A DNA stretch of 36,312 nt from Thermotogota bacterium (GCA_051748045.1 JBNJGY010000016.1:1-36312); one strand, 5' to 3'. Counted from the first letter of the stretch, positions 1-9,752 are shown. Notes: a model not told the origin generated them from the letters alone. Program-made: numbers and translations.

Positions 1-2
1 AA

Positions 3-686
3 ATGTTTAATATAGCAGTTTTGATAAATACAATAGCCGTCATTTTTGGCGGCTTTTTTGGAACGTTTATAGGGAATAAATTAACTGACAATATAAGGAA
101 AATATTGTTCCAAAGTGTAGGCCTAACCACAATTTTTATAGGCATAAACATGGGCCTCCAAGCTAATGATTTAATAATAGTTTTAATATCTTTAGCAATT
201 GGTGGAGTTATTGGAGAATTACTTAAAATTGAGAGTAGAATAGGTAGAATAGCCAATAAAATTGAAAAAACTGAAGGCGAAACAAGATTTGTGAAAGGAT
301 TTATCACAGCAACTGTTTTGTTTGTTGTGGGCCCTATGACGATACTTGGTTCTTTAAATGCGGGAATTGGTAACGACAATTCAGTATTGCTTTTAAAATC
401 GATGTTAGACGGCATATCGTCGATTATATTATCTTCTGTGTACGGAATTGGAGTAGTTTTTTCAGCTTTAAGTATATGGATTGTTCAAGGAGCTTTTGTA
501 GTTGGGTCTAGACAATTAGAATTTTTATCTCAAGATATATATCTGAATGATTTTACAGCTGTTGGCGGTGCTATGATAGTAGCTATTTCTTTAAGACTAA
601 TGGACATAAAAGATATAAAAGTCGGGAATTTTTTACCAGCTCTTGTAGTTGTCGTAATTGCTAACTACATACAAATGATGTTTTAA
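3..686 (+). CDS. DUF554 (YqgA/YdfK) family membrane protein
   Basis: 227 aa, multiple hydrophobic helices; motifs INTIAV, GFITATVLFVVGPMTILGS, LLKSMLDG and IKVGNFLPAL are typical of DUF554. RBS lies outside the window. Confidence 0.85.
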   Translation: MFNIAVLINTIAVIFGGFFGTFIGNKLTDNIRKILFQSVGLTTIFIGINMGLQANDLIIVLISLAIGGVIGELLKIESRIGRIANKIEKTEGETRFVKGFITATVLFVVGPMTILGSLNAGIGNDNSVLLLKSMLDGISSIILSSVYGIGVVFSALSIWIVQGAFVVGSRQLEFLSQDIYLNDFTAVGGAMIVAISLRLMDIKDIKVGNFLPALVVVVIANYIQMMF

Positions 687-701
687 TTTGTGATTCATTT
701 T

Positions 702-729
702 GATGGATGTTGAAGGATGGAAGATGGAG
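702..729 (+). repeat. Heptamer tandem tract GATGGAT-GTTGAAG-GATGGAA-GATGGAG
   Basis: Four imperfect 7-mers read directly; the same consensus (GHTGGAD) recurs at 28391-28451. Confidence 0.75.
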
Positions 730-758
730 AAAAAACAAGAGCTAAAAATAGTAACAAC

Positions 759-801
759 TGTCACCTCGACTAAGATGCGCAGCATCGCACGGAGAGGTCT
801 C
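759..801 (+). repeat. 43-bp TGTCA-headed palindromic (REP-like) repeat, copy 1
   Basis: TGTCACCTCGACTAAGATGCGCAGCATCGCACGGAGAGGTCTC; near-identical copies at 16679-16721 (+) and 28545-28587 (-). Confidence 0.92.
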
Positions 802-886
802 ATCAGTAAATTTCACAAAGTGAAATTAAGCTTTTAAAAACATTCAATTTTCTTTAAAAATTAATGGCTTATATAAAATAATAAAT

Positions 887-916
887 AAAAAAAACACCAG
901 TAAACTGGTGTTTTTT

Positions 917-917
<1 letters not shown>
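887..917. terminator. Bidirectional intrinsic terminator (tRNA operon / DUF554 gene)
   Basis: A8-CACCAG-taaa-CTGGTG-T7, abutting the tRNA-Phe CCA end. Confidence 0.85.
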
Positions 918-992
<75 letters not shown>

Positions 993-998
993 GATTAA

Positions 999-1073
999 TG
1001 GTGGGCGCTGCAGGGATTGAACCTACGACCCTCTGCTTGTAAGGCAGATGCTCTCCCGCTGAGCTAAGCGCCC
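999..1073 (-). tRNA. tRNA-Val(TAC)
   Basis: Reverse complement GGGCGCTTAGCTCAG...TCTGC-CTTACAA-GCAGA...GTTCAATC...GCCCACCA; 75 nt. Confidence 0.97.
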
Positions 1074-1076
1074 GAA

Positions 1077-1152
1077 TGGCGCCCCCAACCAGATTCGAAC
1101 TGGTGTCTTTGGCGTGAAAGGCCAATGTCCTAGGCCTCTAGACGATGGGGGC
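1077..1152 (-). tRNA. tRNA-Glu(TTC)
   Basis: Reverse complement GCCCCCATCGTCTAGAGGCCTAGGAC...TTGGC-CTTTCAC-GCCAA...GTTCGAATC...GGGGCGCCA; 76 nt. Confidence 0.97.
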
Positions 1153-1173
1153 GTTCATCGACAACCGAAATAT

Positions 1174-1202
1174 ATAATACCATATTAACTAGTATATGTC
1201 AA
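1174..1202 (-). promoter_or_regulatory. SigA-type promoter of the tRNA-Glu-Val-Phe operon
   Basis: Minus strand TTGACA-17 bp-TATTAT with extended TG, about 20 bp upstream of tRNA-Glu. Confidence 0.85.
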
Positions 1203-1234
1203 GCATTATTTGTTTATTTAATAAAACTTTCATC

Positions 1235-2593
1235 TTATGTTCTAACATGCATTTTATCTAAATAATGCTTAAATTCATTAGCTATTTTACTAATGTCACC
1301 AGCACCTAAAAATAGATAAACGGTGTTATTGAAATCTATCAAATGTTCAAATAAAATTTTAGGATCGTTAATGAAAATAGCTCTCTTCTTTGATTCAATT
1401 AATTTCTCAACCACGTAATTCTCTTTTATACCTTCTATGGGTTTTTCAAAGGCTGAATATATTTTGTAGACAACTATTTCATCTGATTTTAGCAATGAAT
1501 CAACAAACTGATCTTTTTCTCTATGTAGCCTTGTGTATCTATGAGGTTGGAAAATTGATATAATGTTTTTATCTGGGAAAAATTCTTTTGTAGCTTGAAC
1601 AGTATGTCTTATTTCCTCTGGAGTATGAGCGTAATCATCAATCACATACCTTGAAGTGTTTGAATATAAAATGTTAAATCTTCTATCAACATTTTTATAA
1701 GAATACAATCCTTCTGAAATTGATTTAAAGTCTAATCCATAATCATGACAAAACGCTACTGCAGCTAAAGCATCTAGTGCATAGTGTAACCCAGGAGTAG
1801 ACATTGTTATTTTACCTAGGAAAACATTATTATGAAACATCTCAAACTCTTGATATCTTCCAATTTGCTGTCTATTTTTAAAATAATAATTATTTTTCTC
1901 ATTTAATCCAAAAGTGATTATATTTTCATGATTTATATCCAATAACTTTATATTATCATCATCACCATTTATATAAACTTTCTGTTTTGTGTTGTTTATA
2001 GCATTTTCAATAGAAAATTTTAAATTTTCAAAATTATTGTCATAATGTTCTAAATGATCTGGTCTAAGGTTATTTACGATTAAAAAATCTACGATAGTTT
2101 TTTCTATATGGCCATCGCTTTCGTCTGCTTCAGCTATTACTATTTCTTGACCAAAATTATAGTTTCCATCTTTTAAAGAATCGTGGATTCCTCCTAAGAA
2201 AACTGTTGGGTTTTTACCTGCTACTTTGAATATCTGTGAAATCATAGCAGTAGTACTTGTTTTTCCATCAGTTCCAGTTATTCCAAGACTTTTGTTATTT
2301 TTTAATATATCGTTTAAAAAATCCATCCTTGAAATTATGGGAATATTTAATTTTTTAGCAGCTATAACCTCTGGGTTGTCTTCTTTTATAGCAGTACTTT
2401 TAACAAAGTAATCAACGTCTTTTGGTAAATTGTAATCTTGTTCAGTTTTAATTTTCAACCCTTTTGCTTTTAAGTATTCTATTCTTTCATTATTTTGATT
2501 ATTTGATCCATATACATTTTGATTATTATAGAATGTATGTAAAGCAATAGAGCTCATTCCAATACCGCCGATGCCCGAAAAATAATAATTCAT
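1235..2593 (-). CDS. murC: UDP-N-acetylmuramate--L-alanine ligase
   Basis: GIGGIGMS, GTDGKTSTT, EADESDG, DHLEHY, RRF, IDDYAHTP, FQPHRYTR, GAGD motifs. Confidence 0.96.
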   Translation of the reverse strand: MNYYFSGIGGIGMSSIALHTFYNNQNVYGSNNQNNERIEYLKAKGLKIKTEQDYNLPKDVDYFVKSTAIKEDNPEVIAAKKLNIPIISRMDFLNDILKNNKSLGITGTDGKTSTTAMISQIFKVAGKNPTVFLGGIHDSLKDGNYNFGQEIVIAEADESDGHIEKTIVDFLIVNNLRPDHLEHYDNNFENLKFSIENAINNTKQKVYINGDDDNIKLLDINHENIITFGLNEKNNYYFKNRQQIGRYQEFEMFHNNVFLGKITMSTPGLHYALDALAAVAFCHDYGLDFKSISEGLYSYKNVDRRFNILYSNTSRYVIDDYAHTPEEIRHTVQATKEFFPDKNIISIFQPHRYTRLHREKDQFVDSLLKSDEIVVYKIYSAFEKPIEGIKENYVVEKLIESKKRAIFINDPKILFEHLIDFNNTVYLFLGAGDISKIANEFKHYLDKMHVRT

Positions 2594-2602
2594 TTTTTCC
2601 TC

Positions 2603-3655
2603 CTAATGTAGTTGTTCAATGTAATCTGTAATCTTTTTTACGCTTTCGTCTGATTTTTGTTTCCAAATGTAGTCAGCGGGTTTACTATTGATGTTATTTA
2701 AAAATTCTATAATTGAATTAATTGAGTATCTGTCTTCGTCACAAATTATACTATTAACTAATTCTTTTGTTTTTTTTGCATTTATCAACTGATGATTTTC
2801 TGCTGCCCCTTTCCAAGGTATTAAAACAGCATTTAATTTATAGAAAATAATTTCAGCTATTGAAGTAGCCCCAGCTCTAGAAATAATACCATCAACTACT
2901 GTCATTATTTCATAAGTATTGTCTATATAATCATAAGTTTTTACATTTTTAAAATTCTCAAATCTATCTTTATCTTTTGTTATATGTATAAAATTCATGC
3001 TTTTAGTTTCTTTGTATACCTTATACATTATATCATCTATTTTTTTTGATCCCAAACTCCCTCCCATAACCAATAGAGTTTTTTGAGATAAATCTTTAAT
3101 ACCAAAGTTTTTTAAGAGGTTTCTACTTATATTTTTATCTGGAAACCTTACAGGGTTTCCTGTATAAATAGTATTTTGTAAATAAGGTGTATTTTCAAAT
3201 GATTCAAAAGTTTTTGTGGAATTCTTTGAAAATCTTTTATTAACCAAGCCTGGTATAGAATTTTGTTCATGAAGATAAAATGGAATTTTTAATTTCTTCA
3301 TGGCTAAAATAACAGGAGCTGTTATATAGCCTCCTGTAAAAAAACCAAAATCAGGGTCGAACACCTTTATAGTTTTTTTGATATTTCTAGATTCTTTTAA
3401 AAAATCATTTATTCTTGAAATATTTTCAAATTTATATAAAGGTCTTTTAAGACCTTTTGTTTCAAGAGTTATTGTTTTTGCTGATGGGATATCAACAGGT
3501 ATTTTCTTTTCTTCAATTCTATTTTTAGTTATAAAATATAATATATCTAATTTATAAAATTTTTCTAGATATTTAATAAAAGCAAGTGCTGGATAATAAT
3601 GTCCGCCAGTGCCTCCACCTGCGATAATTATTTTTTTAGTTTTCAAATTATTCAC
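2603..3655 (-). CDS. murG: Lipid I N-acetylglucosaminyltransferase
   Basis: GGGTGGH, HEQNSIPG, TGNPVR, GGSLGS, SRAGATS, HQ..NA motifs. Confidence 0.96.
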   Translation of the reverse strand: MNNLKTKKIIIAGGGTGGHYYPALAFIKYLEKFYKLDILYFITKNRIEEKKIPVDIPSAKTITLETKGLKRPLYKFENISRINDFLKESRNIKKTIKVFDPDFGFFTGGYITAPVILAMKKLKIPFYLHEQNSIPGLVNKRFSKNSTKTFESFENTPYLQNTIYTGNPVRFPDKNISRNLLKNFGIKDLSQKTLLVMGGSLGSKKIDDIMYKVYKETKSMNFIHITKDKDRFENFKNVKTYDYIDNTYEIMTVVDGIISRAGATSIAEIIFYKLNAVLIPWKGAAENHQLINAKKTKELVNSIICDEDRYSINSIIEFLNNINSKPADYIWKQKSDESVKKITDYIEQLH

Positions 3656-4754
3656 CCTCGTTATTTAATCTTTTCATTCCATTATAATAAATTAGACCTA
3701 TTGTCCATCCAATTCCTGTCAAGGTAAGGATCAAAGAGCTATTACCATAGCTCATAAGCGGCAGTGTAACCCCAGTAACAGGAATTCCCCTAACTCCTAG
3801 TCCAACTAATGCATTAATAGACATTTGTAAAAAGATATAAAATGCTATAGCAGTAGAAAAAGAAAATGTCACGGGGTCTTTAGTGAAATATGATAAACGT
3901 GTTATTTCTCTAGATAGTAAGAAAAACATAGTTAATACCAAAATTATTCCTAATTTACCCCATTCTTCACCAATTATAGACATAATAAAATCTGCATAAG
4001 AAGCAGGAACATTATATTTAATGTCCCCACCAAATGGAGCAGTTCCTATAATCCCACCATTTGATATAGCTTTTCTAGACTGGTCTGTTTGAAATGAATC
4101 TAATCCTGAAACCCTATTTAATTGATAATCAGCTAAATAGTCATCTTTGAAAAGAAATAAGCCTAAAAACAAAATAAGAACAATTATAAAAAATATTATA
4201 AAAGATCTTTTATTTTTTAAATTAAGAAATATTGTGAATAGCCCTATCAATAAGACTATAGCCGAAGAACTAAGATCAGGTTGTATAAAAATCATAGATA
4301 CTGTTGATCCAATTGAAAAAAATATAGAAGTATATAAAATAAACGGATTTTTAATTTTATAGAATAAATAAGTTATAAAAGCTGGCAAAATAATTTTGGA
4401 AAGTTCTGACGGTTGAACTTGAAACCCAGCTATATATATCCATCTATTTACATTAGCAATTGAAGAAGACATGTGAGGCAGAAATAAGAAAAAAATATGA
4501 AATATAAAAATTGCTTGTATTAAATAGTATTTACCTCTTATAATTAAGTTTCCAAAATAAAAGGCTATTAACCCTCCGACCATTCCTATAACTAATGCTG
4601 CAATATAAGTTTTAATTTTTGATTCTGGATCTAAACCTTCTAAGTCTTCCATTGCAAATAAAGAACTATATACAAAAAATACTCCCATCATAAGAGTTGA
4701 GCCTAAAACTACTATATAAAAAATAAATCTACTTTTAAAAGCCTCTCTATCCAT
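3648..4754 (-). CDS. ftsW: SEDS family peptidoglycan glycosyltransferase FtsW
   Basis: RWI..QPSELSK, QPDLSS, DFI..IIGEEWG, PVTGVTLPLMSYG motifs; lies between murD and murG. Confidence 0.88.
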   Translation of the reverse strand: MDREAFKSRFIFYIVVLGSTLMMGVFFVYSSLFAMEDLEGLDPESKIKTYIAALVIGMVGGLIAFYFGNLIIRGKYYLIQAIFIFHIFFLFLPHMSSSIANVNRWIYIAGFQVQPSELSKIILPAFITYLFYKIKNPFILYTSIFFSIGSTVSMIFIQPDLSSSAIVLLIGLFTIFLNLKNKRSFIIFFIIVLILFLGLFLFKDDYLADYQLNRVSGLDSFQTDQSRKAISNGGIIGTAPFGGDIKYNVPASYADFIMSIIGEEWGKLGIILVLTMFFLLSREITRLSYFTKDPVTFSFSTAIAFYIFLQMSINALVGLGVRGIPVTGVTLPLMSYGNSSLILTLTGIGWTIGLIYYNGMKRLNNEGE

Positions 4755-4771
4755 ATATATCCCCTCTAAAC

Positions 4772-6055
4772 CTATTCTTTAAAATTTTCAAGAATACATT
4801 TCTTAAATTCATAACCTCGTTGCTCATAATTTTTAAAAAGATCAAAACTTGCTCCCGCAGGAGAAAAAACAACAAATTCTGATTCTATACTTTTTATAAT
4901 TTCAACAGCTTCATTCAAATTATCTACAAATATAAATTTATCATTAAAACCGTATTTTTTTACTTCCGAAACCATTTCTCCAAAAACAATTACTTTTTCG
5001 GAATAATTGTTCAACTCATCTATCAAATTATACATATCTTCATTTTTTGGCTCTCCACTTAAAACAGCTATATATTTTTTATTTCTAAAGCTCATATATG
5101 AGTTATAAGCTGAATGTACATTTGTAGCTTTAGAATCATTTATGAAAAATGTATTGTTTATATGAGCAAAATTTTCTAGTCTGTGTGCCAGTGGTTTAAA
5201 AGTTGATATACCTTTCTCAATGACTTCTTTTTCAAAATCAAGTTCTAAAAGGCAAGAAACAGCAGCAATAACATTTTCTCTGTAAATATTCAAGTTCAAT
5301 GTATCATTATCAATTTTAATTTCTTTATTTTTATAAATCACTTTTTTATTTTTATAATTATATATTGGGGAAAAATGAATTAAATTACTGTTTTGTTCTT
5401 CAAAATCAATAGAAGCATTTAAAATAAATTTCCCATAATTATATAAACTTCTAATTCCCATATTTATTTTGCTGTTATAGTATTCTTCTAAACTTGAATG
5501 CCAATTTAGGTGATCTGGGGCTAGGTTTAAAAGGATAGCTATATCTGGGAAAAATCTAGTTGACCAAAACATTTGAAAAGAGCTAACCTCCAAAACATAA
5601 TAATCAATGTTCAAAGGGGCATTTATCAAAGGTATTCCAATATTTCCAGCCTTATAAGTGGACTTATCAGATATTTGAATAATATGGTTTATTAATGATG
5701 TTGTAGTAGTTTTACCATTAGTTCCAGTAACCCCTATAAATTTTGCTTTTGGATTAAATCTTTTCATATGCATCCAAGAATACTCAATTTCAGTTGTGTA
5801 ATTTATTTTATTATCAAATATAATTTTTGCAGCATTACTATTAGGTCTTATTCCAGGGCTTATTATTGCCAGGTTAGTTTTTTTCAATAATTCTCCATGT
5901 TCTTCTTCAAAATCTATATTGTTTTTTTCAAAAAATTTTTTGGTTTCCTCAGAAAATTTTGAGTTATTTGAAACAAACAGTTCATTTCCTTTATCTAAAA
6001 TTATGTCTACTAATGCACTATTACTTTTTCCAAAACCTACTAAGCAAACCCTCAT
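4772..6055 (-). CDS. murD: UDP-N-acetylmuramoyl-L-alanine--D-glutamate ligase
   Basis: SPGI, GTNGKTTTT, GNIG, EVSSFQ, DHL, HRLE, NDSKATN, SPAGASFD.F..YEQRG motifs. Confidence 0.96.
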   Translation of the reverse strand: MRVCLVGFGKSNSALVDIILDKGNELFVSNNSKFSEETKKFFEKNNIDFEEEHGELLKKTNLAIISPGIRPNSNAAKIIFDNKINYTTEIEYSWMHMKRFNPKAKFIGVTGTNGKTTTTSLINHIIQISDKSTYKAGNIGIPLINAPLNIDYYVLEVSSFQMFWSTRFFPDIAILLNLAPDHLNWHSSLEEYYNSKINMGIRSLYNYGKFILNASIDFEEQNSNLIHFSPIYNYKNKKVIYKNKEIKIDNDTLNLNIYRENVIAAVSCLLELDFEKEVIEKGISTFKPLAHRLENFAHINNTFFINDSKATNVHSAYNSYMSFRNKKYIAVLSGEPKNEDMYNLIDELNNYSEKVIVFGEMVSEVKKYGFNDKFIFVDNLNEAVEIIKSIESEFVVFSPAGASFDLFKNYEQRGYEFKKCILENFKE

Positions 6056-6991
6056 CTATATACCCCCAAATGCTATTAAACTAAAAGTTATATTGATAAG
6101 CAAAAATGTCATAACAATCTTTTCTTCACTCCATTTTTTTAATTCGAAATGATGGTGTATAGGTGACATTAAAAAAACCCTTTTGTTCCTCAATTTAAAA
6201 CTCGAAACTTGTATTATTACTGAAAACAATTCTATAATAAAAATAACCCCTGTAAATATAACAAAGAGATCCATAGAATAATAAATTAAATAAGCTGCTA
6301 AAATTCCACCTAGAGCTAAAGAGCCTGTATCTCCCATAAATATTTTTGCGGGTTTTATATTGAAAAATAAAAAAGCTATAACGGGGACCACTATTGCATA
6401 AATATGATTTATATTTTCTACACCATTTAAAAAAACAGTCATAATCATTGAAGAAATGAAAATGAAGGCATTTAAACCGTCCAGCCCATCAGTAAGATTA
6501 GTTGCATTCGACATGCCAGAAATAAAAATAATACCCCATGGTATATATAGAAAACCCAAATCCAACTTAGTATTTGAAAATGGAATTAAAATTTCACTAT
6601 TTGGTGAATATTTTTTTATGAAAAAAATAATTATGCCAGAAAAAATCAACTGAAGTATCAATTTTTGCTTTGAATTTAACCCAGTTGAATGTTTTTTGAA
6701 AATACTTAAAAAATCATCTAAAAAACCTATAAATCCAAATAATAATCCAGTAAGCCCAATTATGAGATATATAGGTTCATGATTCAAATAATAAAAAGAA
6801 AAATTCAAAAAACTAATGGCAATTACAAATAACAATCCTCCTGCAGTTGGAGTTCCCTCTTTGTAATTATGCAAATCAGGACCTTCTTTTCTGATGAACT
6901 GTCCTAATTGTCTTTTTTTTGACCATTTTATATAAATAGGATATAAAAATAATAATAAAATGAAAACTATCAAAGATAATAAAATTTCCAT
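6056..6991 (-). CDS. mraY: Phospho-N-acetylmuramoyl-pentapeptide transferase
   Basis: KEGTPTAGG, GFLDD, NATNLTDGLDGL, PAKIFMGDTGS, PIHHHFE motifs. Confidence 0.97.
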   Translation of the reverse strand: MEILLSLIVFILLLFLYPIYIKWSKKRQLGQFIRKEGPDLHNYKEGTPTAGGLLFVIAISFLNFSFYYLNHEPIYLIIGLTGLLFGFIGFLDDFLSIFKKHSTGLNSKQKLILQLIFSGIIIFFIKKYSPNSEILIPFSNTKLDLGFLYIPWGIIFISGMSNATNLTDGLDGLNAFIFISSMIMTVFLNGVENINHIYAIVVPVIAFLFFNIKPAKIFMGDTGSLALGGILAAYLIYYSMDLFVIFTGVIFIIELFSVIIQVSSFKLRNKRVFLMSPIHHHFELKKWSEEKIVMTFLLINITFSLIAFGGI

Positions 6992-8256
6992 TATTTACCC
7001 CTTTCTTTCATATAATCATATAAACCTGTGGAATTAGAACCTTTAATTAAAATGATACCTTCATTTGACTCTAAGATTTTTTCTAAATCTTCAAAATTAT
7101 ATAACATGTTTATATTTTTCAAACTATAAGATTTTTCTGGATCGTAAAAAAATATATCATCAAAAATACTTTCTGCTTTTTCTAGAATTTTTTCTACAAT
7201 TTTTATGTTATTATTTCCAATTTCCTTAATTTCACCCATAATTAAAGTTTTTTTCTTGCTATTTATTTTTTCTATACTTTCAAAAGCACTTAAAAATGAT
7301 TCTTCTGATGCGTTATAAGAATCATTTATTATAATATTTTTTTTATTTTTTATAAACTCAAATCTTGATTCTGGTAATTTGATATCTGAAATAATATAAG
7401 GGTCTAAAGGAATTTTGGCAAACACAGAAAAAGATATTGCTGCTAGTAAATCAAGAATTTGTCCTTTGTTCCAAAAAGAATTTAGAGTTAGTAAAACATC
7501 TTTACCGAATAATTTAAAATATACCTTGGTTGTGTTTTCAACATATTCATAATTAATCAAATATGAATCTTGATTCATAGTTTGCCCAAAAGTAATTTTA
7601 TTATTATAGCTATTAACATATTCTTTTAGTTCTGTTGAATCATAATTATATACTAATAACCCTCCAGCTAAACTATTTATAATTTTTGATTTTTCTCTTG
7701 CTATCGCTGACTTTGTTTTAAAAAATTCTATGTGAGAAGTTCCAATATTAGTTATAAAAGCCACATCTAAATCATAAAAATCAGTTAAATACTCCATATC
7801 TCCCTTATTCTGTATCCCCATTTCCAAAATAACAACTTCTTCATTATTGTAATTGTTCAAAATAGATAGTGGAATACCAATTTCAGTGTTAAAATTTTTT
7901 TCAGTTGCAAAAGTTGAAATATTATTTTCAAAAATATTTTTAAGACATATTTTTGTTGTTGTTTTTCCTGTAGATCCAGTTATTCCTATTTTCATTCTAG
8001 CGTTATTATTAATAATAGTTGATGAAATTTTCAACATTTCATCTAGAACATTATCTGCTTTTATTATTTTTTCAGAGGTAATGGGATATTCATTGTTAAC
8101 TACAGCAAAAGATGCGCCCTTTTTGAACGCATCTTCTACATATTTATGTCCATCTGTATTTTTACCTTTTAAAGCAATAAAAACATCATTTTTTTGAATT
8201 TTCCTAGAATCTATTTCAAAATGATAGTTTTTAATAAATAAATCTTTGATTGTCAT
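6991..8256 (-). CDS. murF: UDP-N-acetylmuramoyl-tripeptide--D-alanyl-D-alanine ligase
   Basis: IDSR, DGH, GITGSTGKTTTK, NFNTEIG.P, LEMG, NDSYNAS, KGS motifs; lies between murE and mraY. Confidence 0.93.
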   Translation of the reverse strand: MTIKDLFIKNYHFEIDSRKIQKNDVFIALKGKNTDGHKYVEDAFKKGASFAVVNNEYPITSEKIIKADNVLDEMLKISSTIINNNARMKIGITGSTGKTTTKICLKNIFENNISTFATEKNFNTEIGIPLSILNNYNNEEVVILEMGIQNKGDMEYLTDFYDLDVAFITNIGTSHIEFFKTKSAIAREKSKIINSLAGGLLVYNYDSTELKEYVNSYNNKITFGQTMNQDSYLINYEYVENTTKVYFKLFGKDVLLTLNSFWNKGQILDLLAAISFSVFAKIPLDPYIISDIKLPESRFEFIKNKKNIIINDSYNASEESFLSAFESIEKINSKKKTLIMGEIKEIGNNNIKIVEKILEKAESIFDDIFFYDPEKSYSLKNINMLYNFEDLEKILESNEGIILIKGSNSTGLYDYMKERGK

Positions 8257-9752
8257 TTTTTCATACTCCTTCTCAAAGAGTCAATACAATCAGAAGCTAT
8301 TTCAAAATCATTGAATTTAATTTGTTTTCCATTAGCAAAAAGTTGAAATTTCTCATGTCCTCTGCCAGCGATGATTACCAAGTCATCTCTGTTTGCAAAG
8401 TTAACAGCTGCGTTTATAGCAGTCTTTCTTTCTGGAATAACAATAAAATTTCTTTCTTTTTTTATACCAAGTTTAACTTGTTCGATTATTTTTTCAGGAT
8501 CTTCATCTTTCGGGTCGTCTGTTGTTAAAACAATTATATCAGAATATTTACTGGCGACCTCACCCATGATTTCTCTTTTCCCAATATCAGCATTTCCTCC
8601 AGCTCCAAAGACTAAAATGATTCTACCTTTAACTATATCTTTTGCGTTAGACAAAACTTTATCTAAAGCATCTGGAGTGTGAGCAAAATCTATGACAACT
8701 GAAAAACCAAGTGCTTTTGAGCTTGGTATTAGTTCAAACCTTCCTTTTACACCTTTAAAAGTAATTATTCCATGTTTAATCTGGTCATAAGACAATCCAT
8801 ACTCTTTACAAATAATTAAAGCATTTGTTATGTTATAAGCATTAAATTTGCCTATTATAGAAGAGTATATGGATATTTCTTCTCCTTCGGGAGTATCTAT
8901 TTTAAAATTCATTTGATAAATACTTTGATTAATACTTTTTATTTTATAATCAGCATCATCTGAAAAGCCGTAAGTGATAATTTTTTTCTTGGGTAACTTA
9001 AATTTATTTATATCTATATCATCAATATTTACAATAGCTTTTCCATCTTTTTTCATATATTTTGTTAAAGAAAGTTTTGTATCATAATATTCTTTAAATG
9101 TATGGTGGTAATCAAGATGATCTCTTGTAATATTAGTATATGAAATAAGGTCAAATTCTAACTTTTCAACTCTTTTTTGATGTAATGCGTGTGAAGAAAC
9201 TTCCATATTTATAAATTCTACATTCTCAAGTTTACTTTTTTCCAATATTTCTGAAATTTTTATAACACTAGGGGTTGTGTTGTAAGGTTCTTCAATGACT
9301 TTATCCTTTATTCGAATATCAACAGTACTGAAAAGAGTTGACTTTTTACCTGTTTCTTGTAAGATATGATGAACTAAAGTCGCAACAGTAGATTTTCCGT
9401 TAGTTCCAGTAACAGCAAAAAATTTAAAATCATTAGGCGTGATGTGCTTATTTTTATAGGTTAATTCAGCTATCACTTTTTTTGTATTTTTAATTTGAAC
9501 GTAATTTAAAGATGTATCTTCTGGAATTTTTTCAGGGTCATCTAAAATTACAAAAGCAGCTCCTCTACTAAGAGCTGAATAGATAAAATCATGCCCATCA
9601 AATTTCAAGCCTTTTATAGCAATAAAAACATCATTTTTCTCAACGTTCTCGCTGTTATCTTTAAAATTATTAATTTCCGTGTTTTCATCTATATCCATAC
9701 GGGTATCAATGATTTCGTCTTTCAAGAAGTTTAAAATTTCAGAAATTTTCAT
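8253..9752 (-). CDS. murE: UDP-N-acetylmuramoyl-L-alanyl-D-glutamate--diamino acid (probably Lys) ligase
   Basis: GTNGKST, TTP, MEVSSH, TNITRDHLDYH, DFAHTPD, AGRGHE motifs; specificity motif reads DDPK. Confidence 0.95.
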   Translation of the reverse strand: MKISEILNFLKDEIIDTRMDIDENTEINNFKDNSENVEKNDVFIAIKGLKFDGHDFIYSALSRGAAFVILDDPEKIPEDTSLNYVQIKNTKKVIAELTYKNKHITPNDFKFFAVTGTNGKSTVATLVHHILQETGKKSTLFSTVDIRIKDKVIEEPYNTTPSVIKISEILEKSKLENVEFINMEVSSHALHQKRVEKLEFDLISYTNITRDHLDYHHTFKEYYDTKLSLTKYMKKDGKAIVNIDDIDINKFKLPKKKIITYGFSDDADYKIKSINQSIYQMNFKIDTPEGEEISIYSSIIGKFNAYNITNALIICKEYGLSYDQIKHGIITFKGVKGRFELIPSSKALGFSVVIDFAHTPDALDKVLSNAKDIVKGRIILVFGAGGNADIGKREIMGEVASKYSDIIVLTTDDPKDEDPEKIIEQVKLGIKKERNFIVIPERKTAINAAVNFANRDDLVIIAGRGHEKFQLFANGKQIKFNDFEIASDCIDSLRRSMKK

